From: Parcubacteria group bacterium
GTDB lineage: Bacteria > Patescibacteriota > Minisyncoccia > Moranbacterales > UBA11712
Direction: 5' to 3'
NCBI GenBank assembly: GCA_041659065.1
Contig: JBAZYY010000002.1
Coordinates: 24,091-88,090, forward strand
Length of the DNA stretch: 64,000 bases
Below, piece by piece: positions 1 through 7,940 of this stretch. The stretch's first letter is position 1, and each line of letters opens with the position of its first letter. Position numbers and translations under genes: made by a program. The notes beneath the pieces were generated by a model. The model saw only the letters and a program-made list of their open reading frames with translations. It was not told the DNA's origin and searched no databases.

Positions 1-121
1 ATTGAATTCTTTCAAATGTATCTTTCAGCTATTTATGGAAATTACTGAAATTGGCCTTGCGGATGCAGGAACAGTCAAGGTCAATCCCAAAATACTAAAG
101 CTTTTCAAGGATAGCAAATGA
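1..121 (+). CDS. Possible 3' end of a gene truncated by the window edge (...GTVKVNPKILKLFKDSK*)
   Basis: Frame 2 is open from base 2 to TGA at 119-121; no recognisable motif. Confidence 0.35.
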   Translation, partial: LNSFKCIFQLFMEITEIGLADAGTVKVNPKILKLFKDSK

Positions 122-187
122 GACATAAGACTGTCTTATTCGCCAAAATGAGACATATGCTGTCTCGTGTCTCATTTGTCTCATTTT
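116..187. repeat. Cluster of AAATGAGAC / GTCTCATTT motifs (2 direct + 2 inverted copies)
   Basis: aaatgagacata at about 116 and 146; gtctcattt at about 169 and 178. Confidence 0.7.
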
Positions 188-353
188 GTTTCAAGATTGC
201 GACCGAAGAGCCTCAAAACCGTCATTTTTCAAAACCATCGAAAACTCCTTGAAAAGTTCCGAAACACAAGGTTCTAGACCGATGACGCCCGCAATATTTT
301 AGAGGCTTCCACAGAAGCCTCTTTTTTGCGCGAAAAAAATTAAATTTCTCTGT

Positions 354-382
354 TTGACTCAGGTGTGGATATTTGCTAATTT
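354..382 (+). promoter_or_regulatory. Putative sigma70 promoter for ORF 421
   Basis: TTGACT-17 nt-TAATTT with TG at the extended -10 position; GGGAGGT SD lies before ATG 421. Confidence 0.45.
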
Positions 383-420
383 GGAAAGTCCCCAAAATAA
401 AGATGGGAGGTAAATGAGAT

Positions 421-699
421 ATGCCAGAGGTGATTGAGGATGGAATCCTCACGCATGCGTTGTTCCCCGATCTGCCCCCGGCAGGGCTAGTCGAAAAATG
501 CCCCAATTGCCTTGCTAAGCTCAAAACTCAGCTTAACGAAAAGGGTGTGAAAAAAGCAGTTTTTTTCGACAAAAGTCAAAACATCAAACTTCCGGCATGG
601 AAAATCGCCTGCCCGCAATGCGGGAGATTGGTAACTTTTGTCTGGGAGAAACCGCCCACGGAACTCTATGCCTTCTTCAATAATCACAAAGATAAGTGA
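421..699 (+). CDS. Small hypothetical zinc-ribbon protein
   Basis: CPNC and CPQC pairs; strong SD; followed by hairpin gtgagtgcc...gccgctcac and a T-run. Confidence 0.7.
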   Translation: MPEVIEDGILTHALFPDLPPAGLVEKCPNCLAKLKTQLNEKGVKKAVFFDKSQNIKLPAWKIACPQCGRLVTFVWEKPPTELYAFFNNHKDK

Positions 700-979
700 G
701 TGCCGGGGGCCGCTCACTTTTTTCATATCAATATGCTCTATATTTATGCTATGAAGATCGGTATTAAATTCGGTCCCAACGAAGACATTGAGAGGCTGAT
801 TTGGAAGATTTTTCTCGGAATGTTTTTCCCAGCCGGCAGCAATATGCTAAAATATTAAGAGTATTCAAAGAGTATCCGGATATTTGGTATATCCCGGAGC
901 CGCAGATTGACAAGATGCTTGAAAACCATTTCGAGCTTAAAAAGTTATCGGAAAATTTATAAACATTAGCTTTATTATT

Positions 980-1426
980 ATGCGAGGACTTGAATTAAAA
1001 GTATTCAAAAATGAAAAGCCCCTAACGCCCGACCAAATCAGTCAGAATGAAAGAGTCCTTCAGATTGCCCTTCAAAAGATAATAGATATTCCCACGGAAG
1101 TAAGCGATTGGAAAATTGAAAATCGGGAAAATGATAATACGCTGAGAATGGTATTTTTTGGAGAAATATTAGCAAGCCTCGAGGTTATTTTTGAGCTATG
1201 GAATGATTTGTCACCGAAGCAGAAGAAAGATGTGCTATCCAGAAGAAACGTCATTTCGTTTGAAGCTGAGTGTATGTTCGATCGGCAAACTATTCAAAAA
1301 AACAAAAGAAGAAATTTTAAAGCTGAAATTGATAAGGCATTTAATGGCGCGCTCGAGCAGGATCAGATAAAAGAGAAATCAAAGTTAAGCTTAGTTCGAG
1401 TTAAAAACGTTAAACCACGCTCTTAA
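980..1426 (+). CDS. Hypothetical protein
   Basis: 148-aa ORF with typical composition; no motif recognised. Confidence 0.6.
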   Translation: MRGLELKVFKNEKPLTPDQISQNERVLQIALQKIIDIPTEVSDWKIENRENDNTLRMVFFGEILASLEVIFELWNDLSPKQKKDVLSRRNVISFEAECMFDRQTIQKNKRRNFKAEIDKAFNGALEQDQIKEKSKLSLVRVKNVKPRS

Positions 1427-1444
1427 ATAATAAAAATAAAAACC

Positions 1445-1534
1445 ATGCCCGCGAAAAAGAAAAAGGTTGTAAAAAAGAAAGCTGTCAAAAAAACTGCGAA
1501 GAAAAAAGGCTGTTGCTGCCGCTGCAGCAAATAA
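1445..1534 (+). CDS. 29-aa Lys-rich peptide with Cys cluster (MPAKKKKVVKKKAVKKTAKKKGCCCRCSK)
   Basis: Manual translation; ATG after an A-rich leader; followed by a terminator hairpin. Confidence 0.55.
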   Translation: MPAKKKKVVKKKAVKKTAKKKGCCCRCSK

Positions 1535-1545
1535 GCTCATCGAAA

Positions 1546-1572
1546 AAAACATCCTGAATTCCAGGATGTTTT
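1546..1572. terminator. Bidirectional intrinsic terminator
   Basis: aaaacatcctg-aattc-caggatgtttt between convergent genes. Confidence 0.7.
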
Positions 1573-1574
1573 CG

Positions 1575-3338
1575 TTATTTTTTCCTATTCGTGTATTTGG
1601 TGTGAAGCAATTTTTCCGCCTTCTCGCTCCCCGGTTTTTCCAAAAATTCTTTATAAAGTTTCTTAATCACCGGATTATCATGGGATTTTCGAAGAGACAT
1701 CCCTTTATCCCGGGAAAGCACGCCCTTAATTCTTGCATTTCGGATTTCCTGATCTGCCGGCAATGGCTGGCCACCTCCGCCAATGCAGCCATTGGGACAT
1801 GCCATTACTTCCACGAAATGATATTCGCTCTTGCCCTGCTTGATTTCTTCCAAAATTTTCTTGGCATTTCTGATTTCATGCACGACAGCGACTTTGAGAT
1901 TCAGGCCGTCGATATCAATACCGGCGCATCGGATACCCGCTTCTCCGCGCACTATTTCGAAATCCAGCTTGGCCAGCTCCTGTCCTGTTATTCTCTCAAC
2001 CGCGGTCCGAAGCGCTGCTTCCATCACTCCTCCGCTTGCCGCGAACAAAACACCCGCTCCGGTTGAAATTCCAAGCGCCGGATCATATTTTTTTTCTTTG
2101 AGATAACTTGGTAAAATTTTTCTTTCGCGAACCAGACGCGCAAGTTCTCTGACCGTCAGCACAATATCCGTATCCTTCTGCCCGCTGGCATCCATTTCTT
2201 TCCTCTGCGCCTCATATTTTTTTGACGTACAAGGCATAATAGATAAATTTACGATATTTTCGGGATCGAATTTTTCTTTTTCCGCGTAATACGTCTTTAT
2301 GAGAGATGAGAGCATCTGTTGGGGAGACTTGCAGGTCGAAAGATTGGGAATAAATTCAGGATAATATTTTTCAATGTAGAGCACCCAGGAAGGGCAGCAA
2401 CTTGTGAACATTGGAAAAGGCCCGCCTTTTTTAATTCTTTCAATCAATTCGTTAGCCTCTTCCATTATCGTCAAATCCGCGCCCAACACCGTGTCAAATA
2501 CTTTGTCGCAACCCAGTTCCTTCAAGGTCGCAACCAGCTGTTTTTCCCAAAAGGTTCCCGGGTTTTGTCCGAATTCTTCGGAAAAAGTAAAGCGAGTCGA
2601 AGGGGCGGTTTGCGCGATAACCATTTTTTTCGGATCAGCCAGCGCCTGCTCAAGTTTTTCCGTGTCGTCTTTTTCTGTTATGGCCGCTGTCGGGCAAACC
2701 ATGGAACATTGACCGCAAAAAATGCAATCCAAAGGCTTCTCGTACGGCGTGCCGACATTAGATTTCGAACTCCGATGATTAAACCCATACGCTTCCACGG
2801 TCTGAATATCCCGGCAAACTTTTACGCACCGACGACACTCAATGCAATATTCGCTGTCTCGAGAGATACTTGGATTTTCTTCGTCTACGACGACGTGCGA
2901 CCAGTTATCCTTAATAAGATCAATTTCGTCGGGCAATGCAGGCTCCCCTCGCCTTGGGACAAACCGGAACTCGTCAATATTAAACTCCTTAGCCAAGCGC
3001 TGGAGCTCGCAATTCCCGTTTCTTTTGCACTTGGCGCATTTTCCCGCGTGGTCCGCCCAAAGAAGTTCGAGATTGATAGTTCTCGCTTTGTTTGTTTTTT
3101 CGCTTTCGGTTATAACCTCCAAACCCTCGCAAACTTTCGTAGTGCAAGACGAAACCAAACATTTTGCCTGATTGGTTTCCACCAGGCACATCCGGCATGC
3201 CCCTTCGGATGGCAGAAGATCCGGATGCGTGCAAAGAGTCGGCACGCGAATGCCATTTTTTTTGCAGACGGAAAGAATAGTTTCGTCCGGATTGCAATCG
3301 TATGATTTGTTATTTATCTTGATTTGCATAACGCTCAA
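1575..3338 (-). CDS. hydA: [FeFe]-hydrogenase catalytic subunit, group A (2Fe-2S, His-ligated 4Fe-4S, 2x4Fe-4S, H-cluster)
   Basis: H-cluster motifs TSCCPSW, MPCTSKKYE and EVMACPNGCIGGGGQP; HAGKCAKC, CIECRRC and CIFCGQC Fe-S motifs; SHDNP small-subunit tail. Confidence 0.95.
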   Translation of the reverse strand: MSVMQIKINNKSYDCNPDETILSVCKKNGIRVPTLCTHPDLLPSEGACRMCLVETNQAKCLVSSCTTKVCEGLEVITESEKTNKARTINLELLWADHAGKCAKCKRNGNCELQRLAKEFNIDEFRFVPRRGEPALPDEIDLIKDNWSHVVVDEENPSISRDSEYCIECRRCVKVCRDIQTVEAYGFNHRSSKSNVGTPYEKPLDCIFCGQCSMVCPTAAITEKDDTEKLEQALADPKKMVIAQTAPSTRFTFSEEFGQNPGTFWEKQLVATLKELGCDKVFDTVLGADLTIMEEANELIERIKKGGPFPMFTSCCPSWVLYIEKYYPEFIPNLSTCKSPQQMLSSLIKTYYAEKEKFDPENIVNLSIMPCTSKKYEAQRKEMDASGQKDTDIVLTVRELARLVRERKILPSYLKEKKYDPALGISTGAGVLFAASGGVMEAALRTAVERITGQELAKLDFEIVRGEAGIRCAGIDIDGLNLKVAVVHEIRNAKKILEEIKQGKSEYHFVEVMACPNGCIGGGGQPLPADQEIRNARIKGVLSRDKGMSLRKSHDNPVIKKLYKEFLEKPGSEKAEKLLHTKYTNRKK

Positions 3339-4600
3339 GCAGCCTTAAATATTTTATCCCCAAATATTCGGATCGCGTCTTTCCACGCCGTTGCGGCGAA
3401 GTTTCCCAGCGGGCAGAAAGTCGTGTTTCCAAGTGTCCAGAGAATATCCTCGAGCCTTTCTTGATCATCTGGGAGCAAGTCGTTATTTCTTATCCTCTTC
3501 GCGATTTCATGCAAACGGAATGTCCCCTCCCGGCATGGAACGCATTTTCCGCAAGACTCCCGGTGAAAAAAACCACTCCAGGATACAAGAAAATCTTTGA
3601 GATCCATGCTTTTGTCCACAACTAAAATCGAACCGCATCCCAAAGGGTATTCAGCAGGGCCATAAACCAATAGTTGGTCCAAATTTCCGGCTGTCATAAG
3701 CCTTCCGGAAGCTCCGCCGATCTGCGCGAACCAAAATTCTTTCCCCTCCTCTAAGCCGCCGCCATAAATCGAATTATAAATCAATTCTTGAACTGATGTG
3801 CCTAGCGGAGCTTCAAATATACCTTTGCTTTTTACCGCTCCTTCCAGCAGGAACAATTTTGTTCCGGGCGAATTTTTCATTCCAATCCCGGAAAATATTT
3901 TCGCGCCTCTCGATATTATAAAAGGTATGTTTACCAATGTTTCGGTATTATTCACAACCGTAGGCTTCCCAAACAAGCCCGAATTTACAGGATAGGGCGG
4001 TTTTAATCTCGGCTCGCCTCTTTTTCCTTCAATTGTATTGATAAGCGCCGTTTCTTCACCGCAAATATACGCCCCTGACCCTCTAAATATCTCGATTTCA
4101 AAATCAAAAGAGCTTCCCATTATCCCTTTTCCCAAAAATTCTTTTTCAAGTGCCTGTTTAATCGCAACCGTGAGTATCTCGGCTGATTTTTCATAGTGCC
4201 CGTTGATATAGATGAAGCCCTTTTTAGCGCCAATTGCATATGCCCCGATAATCATGCCTTCAATGATCTGATGAGGGCTCTTCTCGGCAATTGTCCGGTC
4301 TTTATAAACCCCCGGCTCCGATTCATCCAAGTTGCAAATGAAATATTTATCTTGAGCTTTCGTTTTCGCCGCGGATTCCCATTTCAAGGCGGTCGGACAG
4401 CCCGCCCCTCCTCTTCCCTGAAGCCCGGATATTTTTATTTCCTTAACAACAGACTCCGGCGTCATTTCACGAATCACTTTTCGCAAAGCTTCGTACCCGC
4501 CCGACCTGGCATAGGTGTCTATGTGAAACGGATCAATCTTGTCCCAATTTTTTGTTAAAATCTGCATGAATCGTTTAGAGATAATCTTTAATAATATCAT
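3335..4600 (-). CDS. hydB: NuoF-like NADH/FMN-binding hydrogenase subunit
   Basis: GLQGRGGAG, NLDESEPG, GAYICGEETAL, ESCGKCVPCREG, FCPLG. Confidence 0.92.
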   Translation of the reverse strand: MILLKIISKRFMQILTKNWDKIDPFHIDTYARSGGYEALRKVIREMTPESVVKEIKISGLQGRGGAGCPTALKWESAAKTKAQDKYFICNLDESEPGVYKDRTIAEKSPHQIIEGMIIGAYAIGAKKGFIYINGHYEKSAEILTVAIKQALEKEFLGKGIMGSSFDFEIEIFRGSGAYICGEETALINTIEGKRGEPRLKPPYPVNSGLFGKPTVVNNTETLVNIPFIISRGAKIFSGIGMKNSPGTKLFLLEGAVKSKGIFEAPLGTSVQELIYNSIYGGGLEEGKEFWFAQIGGASGRLMTAGNLDQLLVYGPAEYPLGCGSILVVDKSMDLKDFLVSWSGFFHRESCGKCVPCREGTFRLHEIAKRIRNNDLLPDDQERLEDILWTLGNTTFCPLGNFAATAWKDAIRIFGDKIFKAA

Positions 4601-5015
4601 CTATATTCTCCGGATTTACTTTTTCAAAAATTTGATCGCCTATCATAACAATCGGACCGCGGTCGCAAAGACCCTTACAGCTCATCAGTTCAAGCTTATA
4701 CTTTGGGCTGCCGTCATTTTCCGCTTCCAGCTTAAGGAGCATTTCAATCTGCCTTGTGACTGCCTGTGACTTTTCCATCAAACACGGCCCGCCGGAACAT
4801 ACCTTGATAATGATTTTTCTATCTTTTTTAATTCTTATTTCATCAAAAAAACTGGCGAGACTGTAAATTCTCGCGAGCGGCCAGGAAAAATATTTGGCAA
4901 TTTCTTCGCAATCGTTTTCGCTTAGATAACCATTGTGCCTGTTGACATCTTTTACGGCACGCAAAACATTTTCCGGCACTGGTTCATACTGGATAAGAAT
5001 TTTTTGAATAGACAT
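4575..5015 (-). CDS. hydC: NuoE-like [2Fe-2S] hydrogenase subunit
   Basis: VCSGGPC...SCKGLCDRGP; first gene of the operon. Confidence 0.88.
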   Translation of the reverse strand: MSIQKILIQYEPVPENVLRAVKDVNRHNGYLSENDCEEIAKYFSWPLARIYSLASFFDEIRIKKDRKIIIKVCSGGPCLMEKSQAVTRQIEMLLKLEAENDGSPKYKLELMSCKGLCDRGPIVMIGDQIFEKVNPENIDDIIKDYL

Positions 5016-5062
5016 AGTGGTATTTTACCACAATTGCAAAAAATGATAAACTATCTATAGAG

Positions 5063-5181
5063 AATTAATTATCAATTTCTAATTTTCAATCAATTTTCAA
5101 TGACTCAATTTTCAATTTCATAATATTTCTGGATTGAAAATTGAAAATTCATTGTAAATTGATCATTGAAGATTGAAAATT
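5063..5181. repeat. Inverted degenerate heptamer array (CAATTTT / TGAAAAT type)
   Basis: Left arm caattttcaat units, right arm attgaaaattg units; related copy at about 40485-40587. Confidence 0.8.
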
Positions 5182-5734
5182 GCCAGAAAACATGCAAAAT
5201 TATCAAGAAAGACTAGTAGCGATAACTTTTCCAGTAGCGACATATAAGACCAAGGATATCGCCTGGACCATCAGCCTCATCATCGCTTCTGTAATTTTTC
5301 CCGCACTCCTGGCTCACAGTCCCCAGAATCAGTGGATTACCGGAACTATCGTGAACGCCATTATATTTATCGCAGTTTGGCGCGTCGGAATTGTGAATGC
5401 CATGCTTGTTGCCGCACTCCCGTCTTCAATCGCGCTTACGCGCGGACTTCTGCCAGCTCCAATGGCGATCATGATCCCTTATATTATTGCATCAAATATA
5501 GTTCTGATTCTGGCTTTTTATGCTATAAAAAAATACCCACTCATGGGAATTATCTCGGCATCGATATTGAAATTTTTATTTCTCTTCGCAATTACTTCCC
5601 TCTTGGTCAAACTAGCCTCGCCCCTCTTAGTGATGATGCAATGGCCGCAGCTCGTGACCGCTCTGGCCGGCGGCCTCATCGCAGTTGGAATTATAAAAAA
5701 CACCCACGTCCTCATTCCTAAAGTCGGACTTTAG
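5180..5734 (+). CDS. Multi-pass membrane protein, ECF S-component-like (probable start ATG 5192)
   Basis: About 6 hydrophobic segments; NQWITGTIVNA and QLVTALAGG; divergent from the hyd operon; last codons come from a REP palindrome. Confidence 0.65.
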   Translation: MPENMQNYQERLVAITFPVATYKTKDIAWTISLIIASVIFPALLAHSPQNQWITGTIVNAIIFIAVWRVGIVNAMLVAALPSSIALTRGLLPAPMAIMIPYIIASNIVLILAFYAIKKYPLMGIISASILKFLFLFAITSLLVKLASPLLVMMQWPQLVTALAGGLIAVGIIKNTHVLIPKVGL

Positions 5735-5737
5735 GAA
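5715..5737. repeat. REP palindrome TTCCTAAAGT-CGG-ACTTTAGGAA
   Basis: 10-bp perfect stem and 3-nt loop, immediately downstream of the RAYT gene. Confidence 0.85.
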
Positions 5738-5742
5738 AAACT

Positions 5743-6408
5743 TTATTCGAAAACTATTTCTTCGTCTTGTTTTTTCATTTGAAAATCGGTAATATTTTCT
5801 GCAGCATATTCTTCTAATTCTTTGTAATTTCTAAAGTCTCCTCTGAATTCTTCATCTCTTACTAAATCATCTCTGCTTTTTCCAATGTGATGCAGAAAAC
5901 TGCACCAAGGATAGCTTTCCGCTGCACAAACTTTATGCACTTCGCTGTTGCAGCTCACGTACACTGAAAATCTCGAAAGGGACCCCTCGGATTTTATCTG
6001 CGAAGATTTGAACTTGCCCTGAAATAAGGCGCCATTTCGCTTATTCCTCTCATTGAAATATTTCGTATAACTTGTGCCTAGTTTTTGCAAAAATTTTTCA
6101 ATTCCTTTCTCAACTCTTTGTTTCAAGATCATATGGTAGTGATTTGACATGAGGCAATAACTGACAATATCCACGAGATATTCTCTTTTCCTAAAGTTCG
6201 ACTTTAGGAAGTCATCGAAATTGGCATTCTTGACACACTTCTTATAGTCGCGCCATTTTATCATTGCCCCATCCTCCTTATCATTCAAGAGATTCATCGA
6301 GATAAGAAACCGAGAAAAGTCTCCGTTATCCAAAAACACATCGCGCTTGTCCACGCCGCGATTATAAATATGATAATATTCATTTTCCACAAGAGGCGTT
6401 TTTCTCAT
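5743..6408 (-). mobile_element. REP-associated tyrosine transposase (RAYT, IS200/Y1 HUH family)
   Basis: YYHIYNRG...F, YCLMSNHYHM (HUH), YFN...R.G.LFQGKF, YPWCS; flanked by palindromes on both sides. Confidence 0.9.
6188..6210. repeat. REP palindrome inside the RAYT coding sequence
   Basis: ttcctaaagt-tcg-actttaggaa; read in frame as FLKSNFRK. Confidence 0.85.
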
Positions 6409-6422
6409 CGTATTTCATCTTT

Positions 6423-6612
6423 TTCCTAAAGTTCGACTTTAGGATAACAGATCTTACAAAAAGCCACAAAAAAACAAGCTTAACGCCTGTTTTTCGCAAT
6501 TCCTAAAGTCGAACTTTAGGAAGGGTTAAACTTTAGGAAGGGTTAAGAATGGTTATTTTTTTCCTACCAACATTGAATGTTGGTAGGGGTTATTGAATGT
6601 TGGTGAGGGTTT
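6423..6612. repeat. REP cluster upstream of RAYT
   Basis: REP copies at 6423-6443 and 6500-6522, with a duplicated right arm (aactttaggaagggttaa x2). A second palindrome cctaccaacatt-g-aatgttggtagg at 6563-6587 also has a duplicated right arm. Confidence 0.85.
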
Positions 6613-6628
6613 ATGGAAGAGATAACGG

Positions 6629-7339
6629 CTACTGGGAACAGACATACGCCTCGCCAACAGTCAATTCGCCTGTCAATGAAGAATAGCAACCACCACCCGG
6701 TGGACGGAAAGTGGAGACGGCGTCGGAGCGATAGCAAAGACCCCATGAACCAAGGTCATATATTTGTTTAAAACCGGAAGGACAATATCCCTGCGGCAAC
6801 CCGGCATTATTGCATATATTAGTAGTGCCTGGTGAGGTCTTGTCGCTAAAATTACAATAATAAGTAAAACTTGCGCCTCCTGTTGCCGTCGCCGCCACCG
6901 CCGCTTCGATCGCTCTTTGGGTTTCATTCCCTTCCCGGCCCACGGAGCGAACGGCTTGAATGTCAGCAAAGGTAGGGGCATCAGTAGTGGCATTGATTTC
7001 AGCTTGAGTCATGACCGTACCGTCTTCTTTGAGGAAGTAGACTTTGCAGTTTACTCCAATTCCAGAGGGACAGTTTATGCTGCCGTCTGCGTTGGGAGAC
7101 AGGCTGTTTTTGATATCGCCGTTGGTATTGGCGATTTTATTAAGAGCCCATTCCACTCCGGATTCGGCGTCATAGAAAGACGCTACCGAGCTTTTGCCTT
7201 TTTGGCTCATTTTCATCTCCATCACCGTGACGGAAGAAAGCGAGATGATAATGGTGAGAATGGCAAAAAGTAAGATGGTGGCCAGAAGAAGGGCGGAAGC
7301 TTTGTTTTTTTTGAACTTTTTGTTTTTGTTCATAATCAT
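6629..7339 (-). CDS. PilX-like minor pilin with Cys-rich C-terminal domain
   Basis: Basic leader, hydrophobic helix, then SFYDAESGVEWAL (PilX N-terminal signature) and VRSVG...QRAIE. Confidence 0.75.
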   Translation of the reverse strand: MIMNKNKKFKKNKASALLLATILLFAILTIIISLSSVTVMEMKMSQKGKSSVASFYDAESGVEWALNKIANTNGDIKNSLSPNADGSINCPSGIGVNCKVYFLKEDGTVMTQAEINATTDAPTFADIQAVRSVGREGNETQRAIEAAVAATATGGASFTYYCNFSDKTSPGTTNICNNAGLPQGYCPSGFKQIYDLGSWGLCYRSDAVSTFRPPGGGCYSSLTGELTVGEAYVCSQ

Positions 7340-7369
7340 AAAGATTAATTTTTATTTATATTTATTCGC

Positions 7370-7512
7370 GATACAATTTAAAGTGTAAAGTGCAAAGTTG
7401 AAAATTACAATGAAAAACTGAAAATGAAATAATATCAAACATCTCTTTACTTTTTAATAATTTTTGTATTTTAGATTGTTATTTTGATTTTTGATATTTT
7501 AATTTTACATTT
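7370..7512. repeat. Inverted degenerate heptamer array (AAAGTGT/AAAATGA ... ATTTTGA type)
   Basis: A-rich 7-periodic left arm and T-rich 7-periodic right arm. Confidence 0.65.
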
Positions 7513-7939
7513 AGCTTATCTCCAACTCTTCTTTGATTTTTTTAACAAGATCTTCCAGCTTCCACTTGGATTTAATAAAATAATAGGCTGGACCACTGGC
7601 GATAATTTCGTTCAGCGTCTTATCATCCGGATTTAGATTCGTGAGAATTATGATTGGAACATCTTTGCCCCACGGATCCTGCCGCAATTTTTCCATCATG
7701 GATTTCCCATCCATGACCGGCATGAACAAATCGAGAATGATAAGATCCGGCTTGGTCTTCAGCGCGATTTCAAGGCCTTCTTCTCCGTTCCTGGCTTCAA
7801 GAATAGAAAATCCCTCAAGCGTGAATTTGTCAGAGAGAACCCTTAACATTGGGAGTTCGTCCTCAATGATCAGTAATTTTTTGCCTGTTACTTGCTCCAT
7901 ACGTTTTTTATGCACTAAATGGAAGTTTTCAGACTTCAA
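7511..7939 (-). CDS. Single-domain response regulator (receiver)
   Basis: LLIIEDE, PDLIILDLFMPVMDG, IIILTN, YFIK. Confidence 0.92.
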   Translation of the reverse strand: MKSENFHLVHKKRMEQVTGKKLLIIEDELPMLRVLSDKFTLEGFSILEARNGEEGLEIALKTKPDLIILDLFMPVMDGKSMMEKLRQDPWGKDVPIIILTNLNPDDKTLNEIIASGPAYYFIKSKWKLEDLVKKIKEELEIS

Positions 7940-7940
7940 A

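Noticed and set aside
1566-4769. Long plus-strand ORFs (e.g. 2319-3305) over the hydrogenase genes, and similar ones over map, tuf, fusA and galT
   Set aside because: Antisense shadows of well-supported genes; no motifs or start signals.
3335-5015. Respiratory complex I (nuoEF)
   Set aside because: No other nuo genes are present, and the adjacent large subunit has H-cluster motifs.
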